From: Azolla caroliniana
Lineage: Eukaryota > Plantae > Polypodiophyta
Assembly: GCA_043228905.1 (NCBI GenBank)
Contig: JBHGNT010000016.1
Location: 17,236,001-17,300,000 of the forward strand
DNA length: 64,000 nt
Direction of reading: 5' to 3'
A model generated the notes under the pieces. That model was not told the origin of the DNA and ran no database searches. It worked only from the letters and a program-made list of their open reading frames with translations. Numbering within the stretch: the first letter of the stretch is position 1; the number at the start of each line of letters is the position of its first letter. Below, in pieces: positions 52,877 through 61,184 of this stretch. A program made the position numbers and the translations under genes.

Positions 52877-52921
<45 letters not shown>

Positions 52922-55900
52922 GACGGTATGTGATCTTACACATCCGTAGGTCCCTTCGGACCCTTACCGTTTTCCTTACGGGTTGCCGTGTCTTCCTTCG
53001 CCTCTGCTACGGGTTCCCCGTCGTCTTTTTCTTCCATCCGTACCGTTCCCGGTATAGTGCCGGTGGGCTGCATAAACGGGTTACTTGGCATCGGTCCTTT
53101 ATAGGGCTTTAGTCTAAATCCGTTGACCCACTTGCCTAGCACTTCACCGGCAAGTGTCCCTAACTGATAGGACCCGTTGTATTCCCGTGTCAGCCAATAC
53201 GGGCCTGTCCATCTAAACCGGAGTTTACCCGGCATCTTGCCCATCCTCGTTTGGAATACTAGCACCGGCTTTCCGATTTCGAACATCTTCTCATTACCTT
53301 TCCGGTGACGGTCAACGAACGCTTTCCGTCGTCGTTGCTCCAGTTCCATGTGTAGGATGCTGGCAAGCCGTTGCTCCTCCAGTTCGCATAGTGCTGCTAG
53401 CCGCATTTCCTCCGACTCCTTTTCATTCAGCCGTTCCCGTAGTTGGATCCGTAAGCTTGGTACCTGAAATTCCACCGGCATGACCGCCTCTAAGCCGAAC
53501 GCTAACCGGAACGGCGTTGTCCGGATACTTGTTTTGTATGCCGTTCGGTACGCCCATAGCGCGCTATGGAGCTTTGTATCCCAGTCCGTCCGGTTTTCAT
53601 TGACGATTTTGCGGAGAATGTTCTGGAGCGTTTTGTTGGTTGACTCTGCTAACCCGTTTGCTTGTGGGTAGTACGGTGTGCTCCATTTATGGACCACGGC
53701 ATAGAACGTTGTTAAGCTTTCAACTACCTGGCCGAGGAAGTGCCCTCCTTGGTCGCTGATTAATTCAATCGGACATCCATATCGGCACCAAATGTTTTCG
53801 TACAGGAATTTTGCTGTGGATGACGCGGTGTTGTCTCTCAAGGCCTTAGCCTCCACCCATTTAGTGCAATAATCTGTTGCCACGATGACATAACGATTAC
53901 CCGTTCTCATTGCCGGTGGCTTGAACGGTCCGACAAAATCCAACCCCCACTTCTGGAATGGCTCTAGTGGAAGTACCGGTTGGTGTGGCATCCGTGCTTG
54001 CTCCGTAGGCTGGCCCATTCGTTGGCATAGGTCACATTCCTTAGCATACTTGACGGCATCTTTTAACGTCGTGGGCCACCATAAGCCGCTCTGCCCTACT
54101 TTCCTTGCCGTCGCTTCCCCGGCATAGTGTCCTCCGGCAACCCCACAGTGTGCTTCCCGTAAGATTACTTGTTTCTCGTCACTACGGACTGCCCGTCTCC
54201 ATATTCCATCTGCTCCCTTGTGGTAGAGAGTGTCCCGTAACAGACAGAAATTGCGGCTCTGTACCGCCAGTCGTTTCCTCTCGTCCCGGTTCATTTCCTC
54301 CGGTGGCAGGCCCGTGCTTAGGAACTGGTGCATGTTTGTCAGCCACCTATTTTCTGATGCCACCGTGTCGTCCGCTGCCGTTTCCGGGGTGATACGGAAT
54401 AACTCTGCGTCCGGGAATTCATCCGATACTCCGATGCCTGATTCTCCGGACTCTAACCGGCTCAGGTAGTCTGCTACGGCATGCTGGATACCGGGCCGGT
54501 GGAAGATCTCGAATTCGAACTCCTGCAACAGCAAGGTCCAACGGGCCAACTTACCGGTCAGGGACGCCTTGGACACTAAGTACAGGAGCGCCGAGTGATC
54601 CACATGAAAGGAGAACTTCCTTCCTAATAGGTAATGACGAAACTTTGTTACACTGTAGATCATGCCCAGGGCCTCCCGTTCCGTCGTCGAATAGTTCTTC
54701 TCCGCTTGGGACAGCTTCCGGCTAGCGTAATATACCGGCCGATACCATTTAGGCTCCGTAAGTTGCATTAAGGCGCTGCCGATAGCGATGTCGGAAGCGT
54801 CAATGAACACATGAAATTCCTTGCTCCAATCCGGAGGCTGCACGACGGGTGCTTGCGACAAAAGTACCTTCAGGGCATTGTATGCCTTATCCTCCGTATC
54901 CGTCCATTGGAACGGTGTCCGATGTACCGCGGTGTGTAATGGTGTAGCCAAGTCAGCCAAGTGACGGAGCATCCGGCTGTGCCACCGGATCTGTCCTAAG
55001 AATCGGCTTAGTGCTTTGGCCGTTTTCGGCGCCGGTGCCCCTAGTATCGCGTTTACTTTGTCCGGGTCGACCGCAATGCCCTCCTTACTTACAATGTGTC
55101 CCAGTAATATTCCACTTGAAACCCCGAAGATGCATTTTGCTGGGTTTAAGCTTAGCCGGTATAACCTACACTTTTCAAGGCATAACCGTAGGTGCTGCAA
55201 ATGGTCTTTTTCCCGGCTATAGACTGCAAAGTCATCCAGGAAAACCTGCATGAAGGCTGGAATGTATTCGCCGAAGATCTCCATGATGATTCGCTGGAAA
55301 GTTGCTGGTGCCGTTTTTAGTCCGAACATCATTACTACGGCCACAAACACTCCCCATTCGGTTACGAACGCTGTCTTCTCCTGGTCATCAGGGTGCATCC
55401 GGATTTGATTGTATCCGCTGAACCCGTCTAAAAAGCTATAAACTTCATGGCCGGCGACGGCATCCAGTACTCCATCCGTGAACGGAAGAGGGAATGCATC
55501 CGTAATTGTGGCTGCATTTAGTTTCCTGTAATCTACACACACGCGGATTTTACCGTTCTTCTTTGGGACGACGACGATGGGGCTCAGCCACGTCGCTTTC
55601 TTTACTGGCCGAATGAAGCCCACTCTTAGGAGTTTGTCGATTTCCTCCTTCACTTTGGCGGCGTAGTTGGGGTTCATTCGGTAACGTCTTTGCGCCACTG
55701 GTTTCGCGTCCTTGCCTAAGTGGATCTGATGCTGATATAATTGAGGGTCCAGCCCTCGCATGTCTTCGTATGACCAGGCGAATACGTCGCGAAACTCCGT
55801 GAGAAGTTTGATCATCGCCACTTTATCTTCCGGCTTCATTTCTTTGGCGATGTGTACCAGCTTTGATTCGTCCTTGCTTCCTAGGTTCACTTCGTCGAGC

Positions 55901-56679
55901 TGGGATGTTTTTACCCGTTGGGAAACGGCCATTTCCCGTTCCAACGCTTCCTGTGCTTGCCGTAATTCCCGAATCGAATCTTTGTCTGGTTCGGCTTCGG
56001 TTTCGTCCCGCTGCGGCAAGTATGGCGCTACGGCTTCAACCACGTCAATCTCGAAAAGTGGTACGATCTTCGGGTGTTCCTCCAAGTACTGGGCTTCTTC
56101 GTCGTCTGCCAACCCTTCAAGCATGTTCACGCATTCCGCATACAGCGGTGTGCATTCCTTACCGTTGCTCGTCCGTGGTTGTGTCGGTACCCGGACCTTG
56201 GCTTTTCCGCGCCGGAAGGTAATCATATTTTTCCGCCAATTTTGCTTGATGTGTGCTGTTTTCAACCATGGTCTGCCCAGCAACAGTGGGTACGCTCCTT
56301 GCGCCTGTAGCTGCAGCACTACAGCCGAGATGTGAAATGTGTGACCTCCTATGGTGACTTCCAATTTCCGTATTAAGCCCGTCGGCCGTACAGAGCTCGT
56401 ATCCGCCATCCGTAGCCAGAACGGACATGGCTCCCATTCATGTATACCCAAGGCATCACACGTGCGGAGGCTTATTACGTTCACCCCGGAACCTCCATCG
56501 ATTACTGTGCCGGGAAGTTCGTGCCCTTTGACAATAGCTGTAATCACCGGACTACTAGTGTCCACCACCGTCGATCCCTCCTTCGGATTCGAGAAGAGGA
56601 CTGGTGCCGGTGGGGCTATACCGTCTGTCATGACCGTTTTTAGTCCTTCCGTAAATCGCGGCACGAGCTGCAAGAGTCT
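49356..56679. repeat. Segmental duplication block B, copy 2
   Basis: Same 964-aa ORF and pol as 17394..24118. Confidence 0.97.
49955..52849 (-). CDS. Gypsy 3' extra ORF, coiled-coil protein (likely start ATG 52549)
   Basis: Long open frame in the same sense as pol; N-terminal globular part, P/T/Q-rich linker, about 250-aa coiled coil. Confidence 0.85.
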   Translation of the reverse strand: MKARSEKVRSGHLRAATLLNTKLVHDVRMLGKGAKTHREKAERMETFSFREPRSTEAPRRWKLSKRELALREPPRSELSLSRSHSHHHSTSPSFLDLEADMDPQTLSEAARKWLRQHGLDGFLTIMEAPPHKEADRVIKELDTEVINEEAIRALTGLPEGGIFQINNPTSEQLIRYFGEYSLAGKGYRTQGGEDPLFREIARVLHEYGHVYPRPPVMPKNRAGMIIATYEGIKVDWTVLIADGLCAAIDTVRGKDGKEGRKLWHAVAQWITLLAPLVETVQPKKRPRLLEGSTSKPASKRQQLLASKATKGKKRLPEPEEVSPVRPVKITIRRPGQKEPEPLTAQIHAVTQEEETEEPVEHLQRRSRSRTAGTAGERSDPQKEETPPTQPEQTTREESEPVRIEPTLWTSIQEVIPTAPETARTGTQQPASPASAHSGQGVEPERQIQALRPDNSTVNEPTRPVQQQGTSSMWLRWVGEQIAGAVEYIEAEERAHHERLLVTTVDLETARSRIRSLEQDLDRVTREMAQLALTTQVQAPVTPGNVQNKASDQPVHSNQTPATETVPERNAAQAQELADLKDELAAQEALRSCERELKTAAEAELKKTAENLRRAEESLRKGHQAYDRLKEEKEKMLQEKDRLQKNAETEVERLKEELRQLKDREDRNHRQINGKLKQKTEEFEHLHREYKRLQTEHKERTDELRQAVDRTATAYANEQAETRRRLEEAEKVRTELLRQQQAEKERAAEVLQRLQTTYQGQLTRYREQAEDTANLIKQLKEERQVVESRAQMGASRIQDIMRAWLNQTKSLIDNGSVKWWTKWAPNVAELQLLRADVENRRKEGDDCYMLTSEDFTGIRDELAEDFQALAEDQLGQVWQLVAQLDDDRLEAQIQFESYERSRIREEKAREPVTVNLSDEEPLLEGDRTGSSQTGMPESEKQTEQPPIEQPEQSQSQPQPQQQQQA

Positions 56680-56925
56680 TCCTAATGGCAACGTGATCTG
56701 ACATTCTTGCAGTGCTTGCCATGTCTCGTTTTCTGCGTGGCTACCGCCGGCACTCCCTATGGTATTCGCCGTTTGCCGTTCCGCGTCCGCGACGTTCCTT
56801 TCATTGGCTTCCTTCACCCATTCCGTCGCTTGTTTTCGTATGGCCTCTTGTGTTTCCCACTCTTTGGCCATGCCTTTCGACCGTGTGGTTACTTGCTGTA
56901 AATCCGCCACTTCCGGAACCACCAT
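52936..56925 (-). CDS. pol: Gypsy pol (protease, RT, RNase H, integrase)
   Basis: Uninterrupted 1329 aa with all catalytic motifs; GPY motif (WTGPY). Confidence 0.96.
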   Translation of the reverse strand: MVVPEVADLQQVTTRSKGMAKEWETQEAIRKQATEWVKEANERNVADAERQTANTIGSAGGSHAENETWQALQECQITLPLGRLLQLVPRFTEGLKTVMTDGIAPPAPVLFSNPKEGSTVVDTSSPVITAIVKGHELPGTVIDGGSGVNVISLRTCDALGIHEWEPCPFWLRMADTSSVRPTGLIRKLEVTIGGHTFHISAVVLQLQAQGAYPLLLGRPWLKTAHIKQNWRKNMITFRRGKAKVRVPTQPRTSNGKECTPLYAECVNMLEGLADDEEAQYLEEHPKIVPLFEIDVVEAVAPYLPQRDETEAEPDKDSIRELRQAQEALEREMAVSQRVKTSQLDEVNLGSKDESKLVHIAKEMKPEDKVAMIKLLTEFRDVFAWSYEDMRGLDPQLYQHQIHLGKDAKPVAQRRYRMNPNYAAKVKEEIDKLLRVGFIRPVKKATWLSPIVVVPKKNGKIRVCVDYRKLNAATITDAFPLPFTDGVLDAVAGHEVYSFLDGFSGYNQIRMHPDDQEKTAFVTEWGVFVAVVMMFGLKTAPATFQRIIMEIFGEYIPAFMQVFLDDFAVYSREKDHLQHLRLCLEKCRLYRLSLNPAKCIFGVSSGILLGHIVSKEGIAVDPDKVNAILGAPAPKTAKALSRFLGQIRWHSRMLRHLADLATPLHTAVHRTPFQWTDTEDKAYNALKVLLSQAPVVQPPDWSKEFHVFIDASDIAIGSALMQLTEPKWYRPVYYASRKLSQAEKNYSTTEREALGMIYSVTKFRHYLLGRKFSFHVDHSALLYLVSKASLTGKLARWTLLLQEFEFEIFHRPGIQHAVADYLSRLESGESGIGVSDEFPDAELFRITPETAADDTVASENRWLTNMHQFLSTGLPPEEMNRDERKRLAVQSRNFCLLRDTLYHKGADGIWRRAVRSDEKQVILREAHCGVAGGHYAGEATARKVGQSGLWWPTTLKDAVKYAKECDLCQRMGQPTEQARMPHQPVLPLEPFQKWGLDFVGPFKPPAMRTGNRYVIVATDYCTKWVEAKALRDNTASSTAKFLYENIWCRYGCPIELISDQGGHFLGQVVESLTTFYAVVHKWSTPYYPQANGLAESTNKTLQNILRKIVNENRTDWDTKLHSALWAYRTAYKTSIRTTPFRLAFGLEAVMPVEFQVPSLRIQLRERLNEKESEEMRLAALCELEEQRLASILHMELEQRRRKAFVDRHRKGNEKMFEIGKPVLVFQTRMGKMPGKLRFRWTGPYWLTREYNGSYQLGTLAGEVLGKWVNGFRLKPYKGPMPSNPFMQPTGTIPGTVRMEEKDDGEPVAEAKEDTATRKENGKGPKGPTDV

Positions 56926-57369
56926 ATTAACTGCTGGTCGTTTATCGTAGCTCTTTGCCGGGCACTGGTTACTGTAGTGGCCTTCCTGCCTGCAGTAGTA
57001 GCAGTACTCTTTACGGGTATTGCTGGATTCAGCATTGCTGGTAGCCGGAGTCGGTCCCGTAGTGAGTGGTGCGTTCTGTGCCGGTTGGCTCCTTGGGGTT
57101 CCATGTTCCGGGTCCCTAGGGTGACCACCTTTCTTGAAATTACGTTTCTTATTATTCCTATTTTTATTTCGGTAGTCCTGTCGTGGTGGATCGTAAAATC
57201 GGCCGTAGTCCTCCTGGTGCCTTCGGTAACCAGGGGAATGGTCTCTGTCGTATTGCTCGTGTCGTCTGTTGGACTCCCGATAACGGTCCGATCGCTCATA
57301 CCGGTCGTAGTTATCATGCCGATCCCCGTACCGGCCATCATTCTCTTGTCTGTCTCCGTACCGGACATC

Positions 57370-58758
57370 CTATGCCGGTCGGTACCGGTTCATTCTTTGC
57401 CAACGATCTTCATCTTCGTCTCGGCTGCTTCTTGGCTCGATCCGTCGGACGGGTGGTGCTTGTCGGTTTAGCAGGTTATACTCGCACCGGTCCGTTGTAT
57501 GACTCTTGGATTGACAAATCACACACTGGGTTCGCATGGTGCACTCCACTGCCGAGTGTCCGGCATTCAAGCAGATTGTGCATTGAATTGCCTGCCGGAA
57601 CCGGAGATCTTCATCTGTGGGTAACGCCCGTTGCAGTGCTCCCAGTGTAAGCCATGAGCTTGACTTTTCCATTTCTCTGACCCGGTCAATGACCTGGTCA
57701 ATGGTGCTTCCTCGAAAGTCGATCACCGTACACACCGTGCGTAACGGTTCCCGGAGTGCGTTTAAAAATATCGTCCGTAATTCCTCCTCCGGGGGTGCAC
57801 GGGCAAGCTGGCTATGTATTCGTTGGAAACGGATGACGAATTGGGGAATGCTTTCCCCTGCCTCCTGTCGGATCGTATAAAACAGGCCCACCATCGTCGT
57901 CTGGTCGACCTCCTTGTGGAAAAAATGCAAGAATTTTGCTTTTAATTCTGCAAAGGTTGTGATGGTTGCCGGGTCCTGCGTCCGCCGCCATCGTGCCGCT
58001 GGTCCTTCCAACGTGACCCCGAATTCCGCTATCTTCGAGCGTTCTTCTTCCTCCGGTGTCAATCGCTGGGACGCGTGATTTGCTTCCCATGTCTGCTCGA
58101 AGGCATGAACATGCGCTTCCACGTCCGGATCATCGCGATACTTTGAGTATTGGAATGGCATGTCGTCGTCCAGTATTAGGCCGCGGTTTAGTGGCGTTTG
58201 TTGATATCTTTCCGGTTTTCTCTCCGGTTCCACGTCCGGTTCTTTTGCCAGTGCTTTTTCCGGTTCCTTCACCGGCTCTTTCGTTGGTGTCGGTGGCTTT
58301 GCTTCTTCCACTTCCGGTGTTGGTGGGTTGACGGCTTCCGTTTGCGGTTCCGGATAGCCCTGGTCGAACGGTTCCGGTTCTGGAGTCGGCACGGTATCCG
58401 ACCCGTCGTCCTCCGGGCCGCCGGGGGTATCGTTGCTGCTCCGGTAGTTCGTGTGCACGCTGTATCCCCCGTCGGAATCCGATTCGTAGGCTGAAAAGGC
58501 TTCTGCCTCGTTTTCTCCGCTTGCCAGCGCCTCGAGGAGGCGTTCGGTTTCCCGGAGATTACTTAGACCGCTTCCGTCGTCCTGGTCGCGAGTTTGCTGT
58601 AACCGAAGAGATTCCTCCGCGACTCTCCAGATCTCGTTGGAGAACGAACGATCCGAGCGAATTTCGTGCGCTGCTTGCTGGAAAGTCTCACGCCGTCTTT
58701 GCCGTTTGGCGAGGCGTCGAGCTCGGTCTGTAACCAGGTCGTGCGTTGGTCTCGTCAT
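57370..58758 (-). CDS. gag: Gypsy gag (in frame with pol; one TAG at 57370-57372)
   Basis: Retrotransposon gag core LEGPAARW..TFAELKAKFL..QEAGESI; CCHC knuckles CTICLNAGHSAVEC and CVICQSKSHTTDRC. Confidence 0.93.
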   Translation of the reverse strand: MTRPTHDLVTDRARRLAKRQRRRETFQQAAHEIRSDRSFSNEIWRVAEESLRLQQTRDQDDGSGLSNLRETERLLEALASGENEAEAFSAYESDSDGGYSVHTNYRSSNDTPGGPEDDGSDTVPTPEPEPFDQGYPEPQTEAVNPPTPEVEEAKPPTPTKEPVKEPEKALAKEPDVEPERKPERYQQTPLNRGLILDDDMPFQYSKYRDDPDVEAHVHAFEQTWEANHASQRLTPEEEERSKIAEFGVTLEGPAARWRRTQDPATITTFAELKAKFLHFFHKEVDQTTMVGLFYTIRQEAGESIPQFVIRFQRIHSQLARAPPEEELRTIFLNALREPLRTVCTVIDFRGSTIDQVIDRVREMEKSSSWLTLGALQRALPTDEDLRFRQAIQCTICLNAGHSAVECTMRTQCVICQSKSHTTDRCEYNLLNRQAPPVRRIEPRSSRDEDEDRWQRMNRYRPA

Positions 58759-58795
58759 CCATTAAGCCGTCGTTCGCTGCGAGAAAGCAGGAATC

Positions 58796-58805
58796 GTGGT
58801 CGCCA
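58796..58805 (-). promoter_or_regulatory. PBS, probably tRNA-Arg
   Basis: TGGCGACCAC 6 nt inside the 5' LTR; complementary to plant tRNA-Arg(UCG) ...GUGGUCGCCA (from recalled sequence). Confidence 0.7.
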
Positions 58806-59373
58806 AAACTGTGTTGTTCTCTGACCGGACAAGGCCTAACACAAGGTGTCACGGAGACACTTCACCAAAGGGTGATTACGGCATAGGATTATGACTCAAC
58901 GATTACACCGACTTAAGTAGGTTACACGATTAGAGCGCTTTTGTTAATTACACGCGTAAGATATAACAGTAATTACAGAACGGAAATCAACACAGAAGTA
59001 TAAACACCATACGCTCTATTAATTATCCGCTGCGATTACAATGGGGTTCGGGCCTTTAAATAGGTTTCCGGCCCGTAGTACAAAACGGTGCCTATCGCAC
59101 CTATTTGGGATCCGTCCGGATCTGGAACGGCATACCGTTTCCAGTCCGTCCGTCCATACTATGCTTATTTACAACCATACTTAATTAATTCCTTCACTCC
59201 GTATTTTGGACTCCTTGCCGGCCGGTAACATCCATTGTTCGTAGCTCACTCTTTTATGCTCTAGTGCTCCATGGTGGATCCTCGATCTATATCCAAGTTT
59301 GTTCACCTCTTGATCATTTCCTTTCCTGCTGGTATCCTCACTAAGTGTTGTTTCTTCAGCCCCTTGTGTCTTC

Positions 59374-61046
59374 GATGCCACGACATGGGAGGTGATGCAT
59401 ATGAAGAAAACGGCATACATTCGGTGTTTCCTTGACATATGAAGAAAGTAAGGCTCATGTGCTCTGGGAGAAAATCGGCACCATGCTGGAGAGTAAAAAC
59501 GCCTTAAATCGGGTTTCGGTATTCCGGAAGTTAGTGAGACTCCTATACCAGGACGGACCCAGCATGCAAGAGCACATGAATTCATTCTAGGGGCTCATAA
59601 ATCAAACAATTTCGCTTGAAGTACCATTGGCCGACGAGGTACTTGCATTGCTCCTGCTTGGTTCCCTCCTAGATAGTTGGGAGATGCTAGTTGTCACTTT
59701 GGGCAACGCTGGGCCGGAAGGAAAGTAGTTGTCCCTAGCAAGGGTAAAATCAAGCTTGTTACATGAAGAAGCATGGCAGAAGGATTGGGAATCCGGAATC
59801 GACCCGAAGGCTTTGGTTACGGAAGATGACCAGAACCGAGGTAGAAACGGGAATCAGAGTCCCAGAATCGGGACAAATCAGGGATGAGGTCGAAGTCAAG
59901 GGGGAGGCTTACTTGCTTCTATTGTGGAAAGCCATAACACTCCCAGAAAAACTGCCGGCATTTCCGGAAAGAGAAATTTATTAACAACATCGATTCGAAG
60001 AAGAGTTCGGACCGGAGAGGTCTGGATCGGAAAGAAACATCGAAAATCACGACAAGTGAAGAAGAACTGTTGTTCATCATCAAGGAGAATGAGTTAAACA
60101 TTGTCGGCGACGAGACAACATGGGTTGTCGATTCCGGAGCATCGTTCCACCTCACACCATACTAAGAATGCTTCTCATCCTATAGCGCCGGAGATCTGGG
60201 TTGTGTTTGGATGGGGAATGAAGGGTCATGCCGAATTGTCGGCATAGGAGATGTGTGGTTGATGACATCAATTGGGTGCACGCTGCTGTTGAAGGATGTC
60301 CTACACATTCCGGAGGTTCGGTTGAACCTGATATCAGCCGGTCGGCTAGATGATGAATGCTACATGGGTAGCATCCTGAACGGAGTCATGAAATTCAGCA
60401 AAGGAAGCTTAATCGTGGCTTGAGCATGGAAGATCAACACATTGTATTTGATGCATGCCCGGATATGCCGGGAAGAAGTGAGTGTAGCCTCCAACAATGC
60501 CGGTGAGTTGTGGCACAAGAAACTGTGTCATATGAGCCAGAAGGGGATGAGAAGTCTTGCCAAACAAAACCTCATTCCGGAGGTGAAATACGTGCATCTT
60601 GAGAAGTGCATTGATTGCTTGGCCGGTTGGCAAAACCGAACCTCTTTCCAGTCAAGACCACCGATGAGACAGAATGCACCACTGGAGTTGGTATAAACCG
60701 ATGTGTGTCAAGTGGACATGAAGTCACATACCGGATCATAGTACTTCGTGACGTTCATAGACGATCACAGCCGGAAGTTTGGGTCTCACCGTTGAAGATG
60801 AAGAATCAGGTGTTGTCCGTCTTCCAGGAGCTCCAAGCGAGAGTGGAAAAGGAAACTGGTTGGAAGCTAAAGGCGGTTTGAGCAGATAATAGAGGTGAAT
60901 ACCAGGGACAGGTCAAAGAGAATCCGGCTTCAATTCACTGTGCCGAAGACGTCGAAACTGAACGGGCTGGAGGAACGGATGAATCGGACCATAATGGAGA
61001 GGGTCTGAAGCATGCTAGCACATGCAAAGTTGTCCAAGATGTTTTT
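59374..61046 (+). mobile_element. Degenerate Tnt1/Tork-like Copia fragment (gag-PR-INT)
   Basis: ALLLLGSLLDSWE; WVVDSGASFHLT; LWHKKLCHMSQKG; FIDDHSRK; ERMNRTIME; many stops. Confidence 0.88.
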
Positions 61047-61137
61047 TGTTATTAACCGTTCGGTTGTAGCAAGGAGTGTGGGCAACTTTGTGATATGGTA
61101 GATAATGTAATAGGAAAAGAAGAGATTCTGAGCATAG

Positions 61138-61184
<47 letters not shown>

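Larger units (their letters stand above)
49409..59230 (-). mobile_element. Full-length 9.8-kb non-chromoviral Ty3/Gypsy element with a 3' extra ORF
   Basis: 419-bp LTRs 49409-49827 and 58812-59230 (about 5 differences seen); perfect TSD TCCAT; gag-PR-RT-RH-INT; no chromodomain or second RNase H evident. Confidence 0.98.

Noticed and set aside
42327-59235. Similar TSDs CCCAT (Copia-C) and TCCAT (Gypsy) as a shared target motif
   Set aside because: Unrelated integrases, and the same Copia family used GTTAY elsewhere; likely chance.
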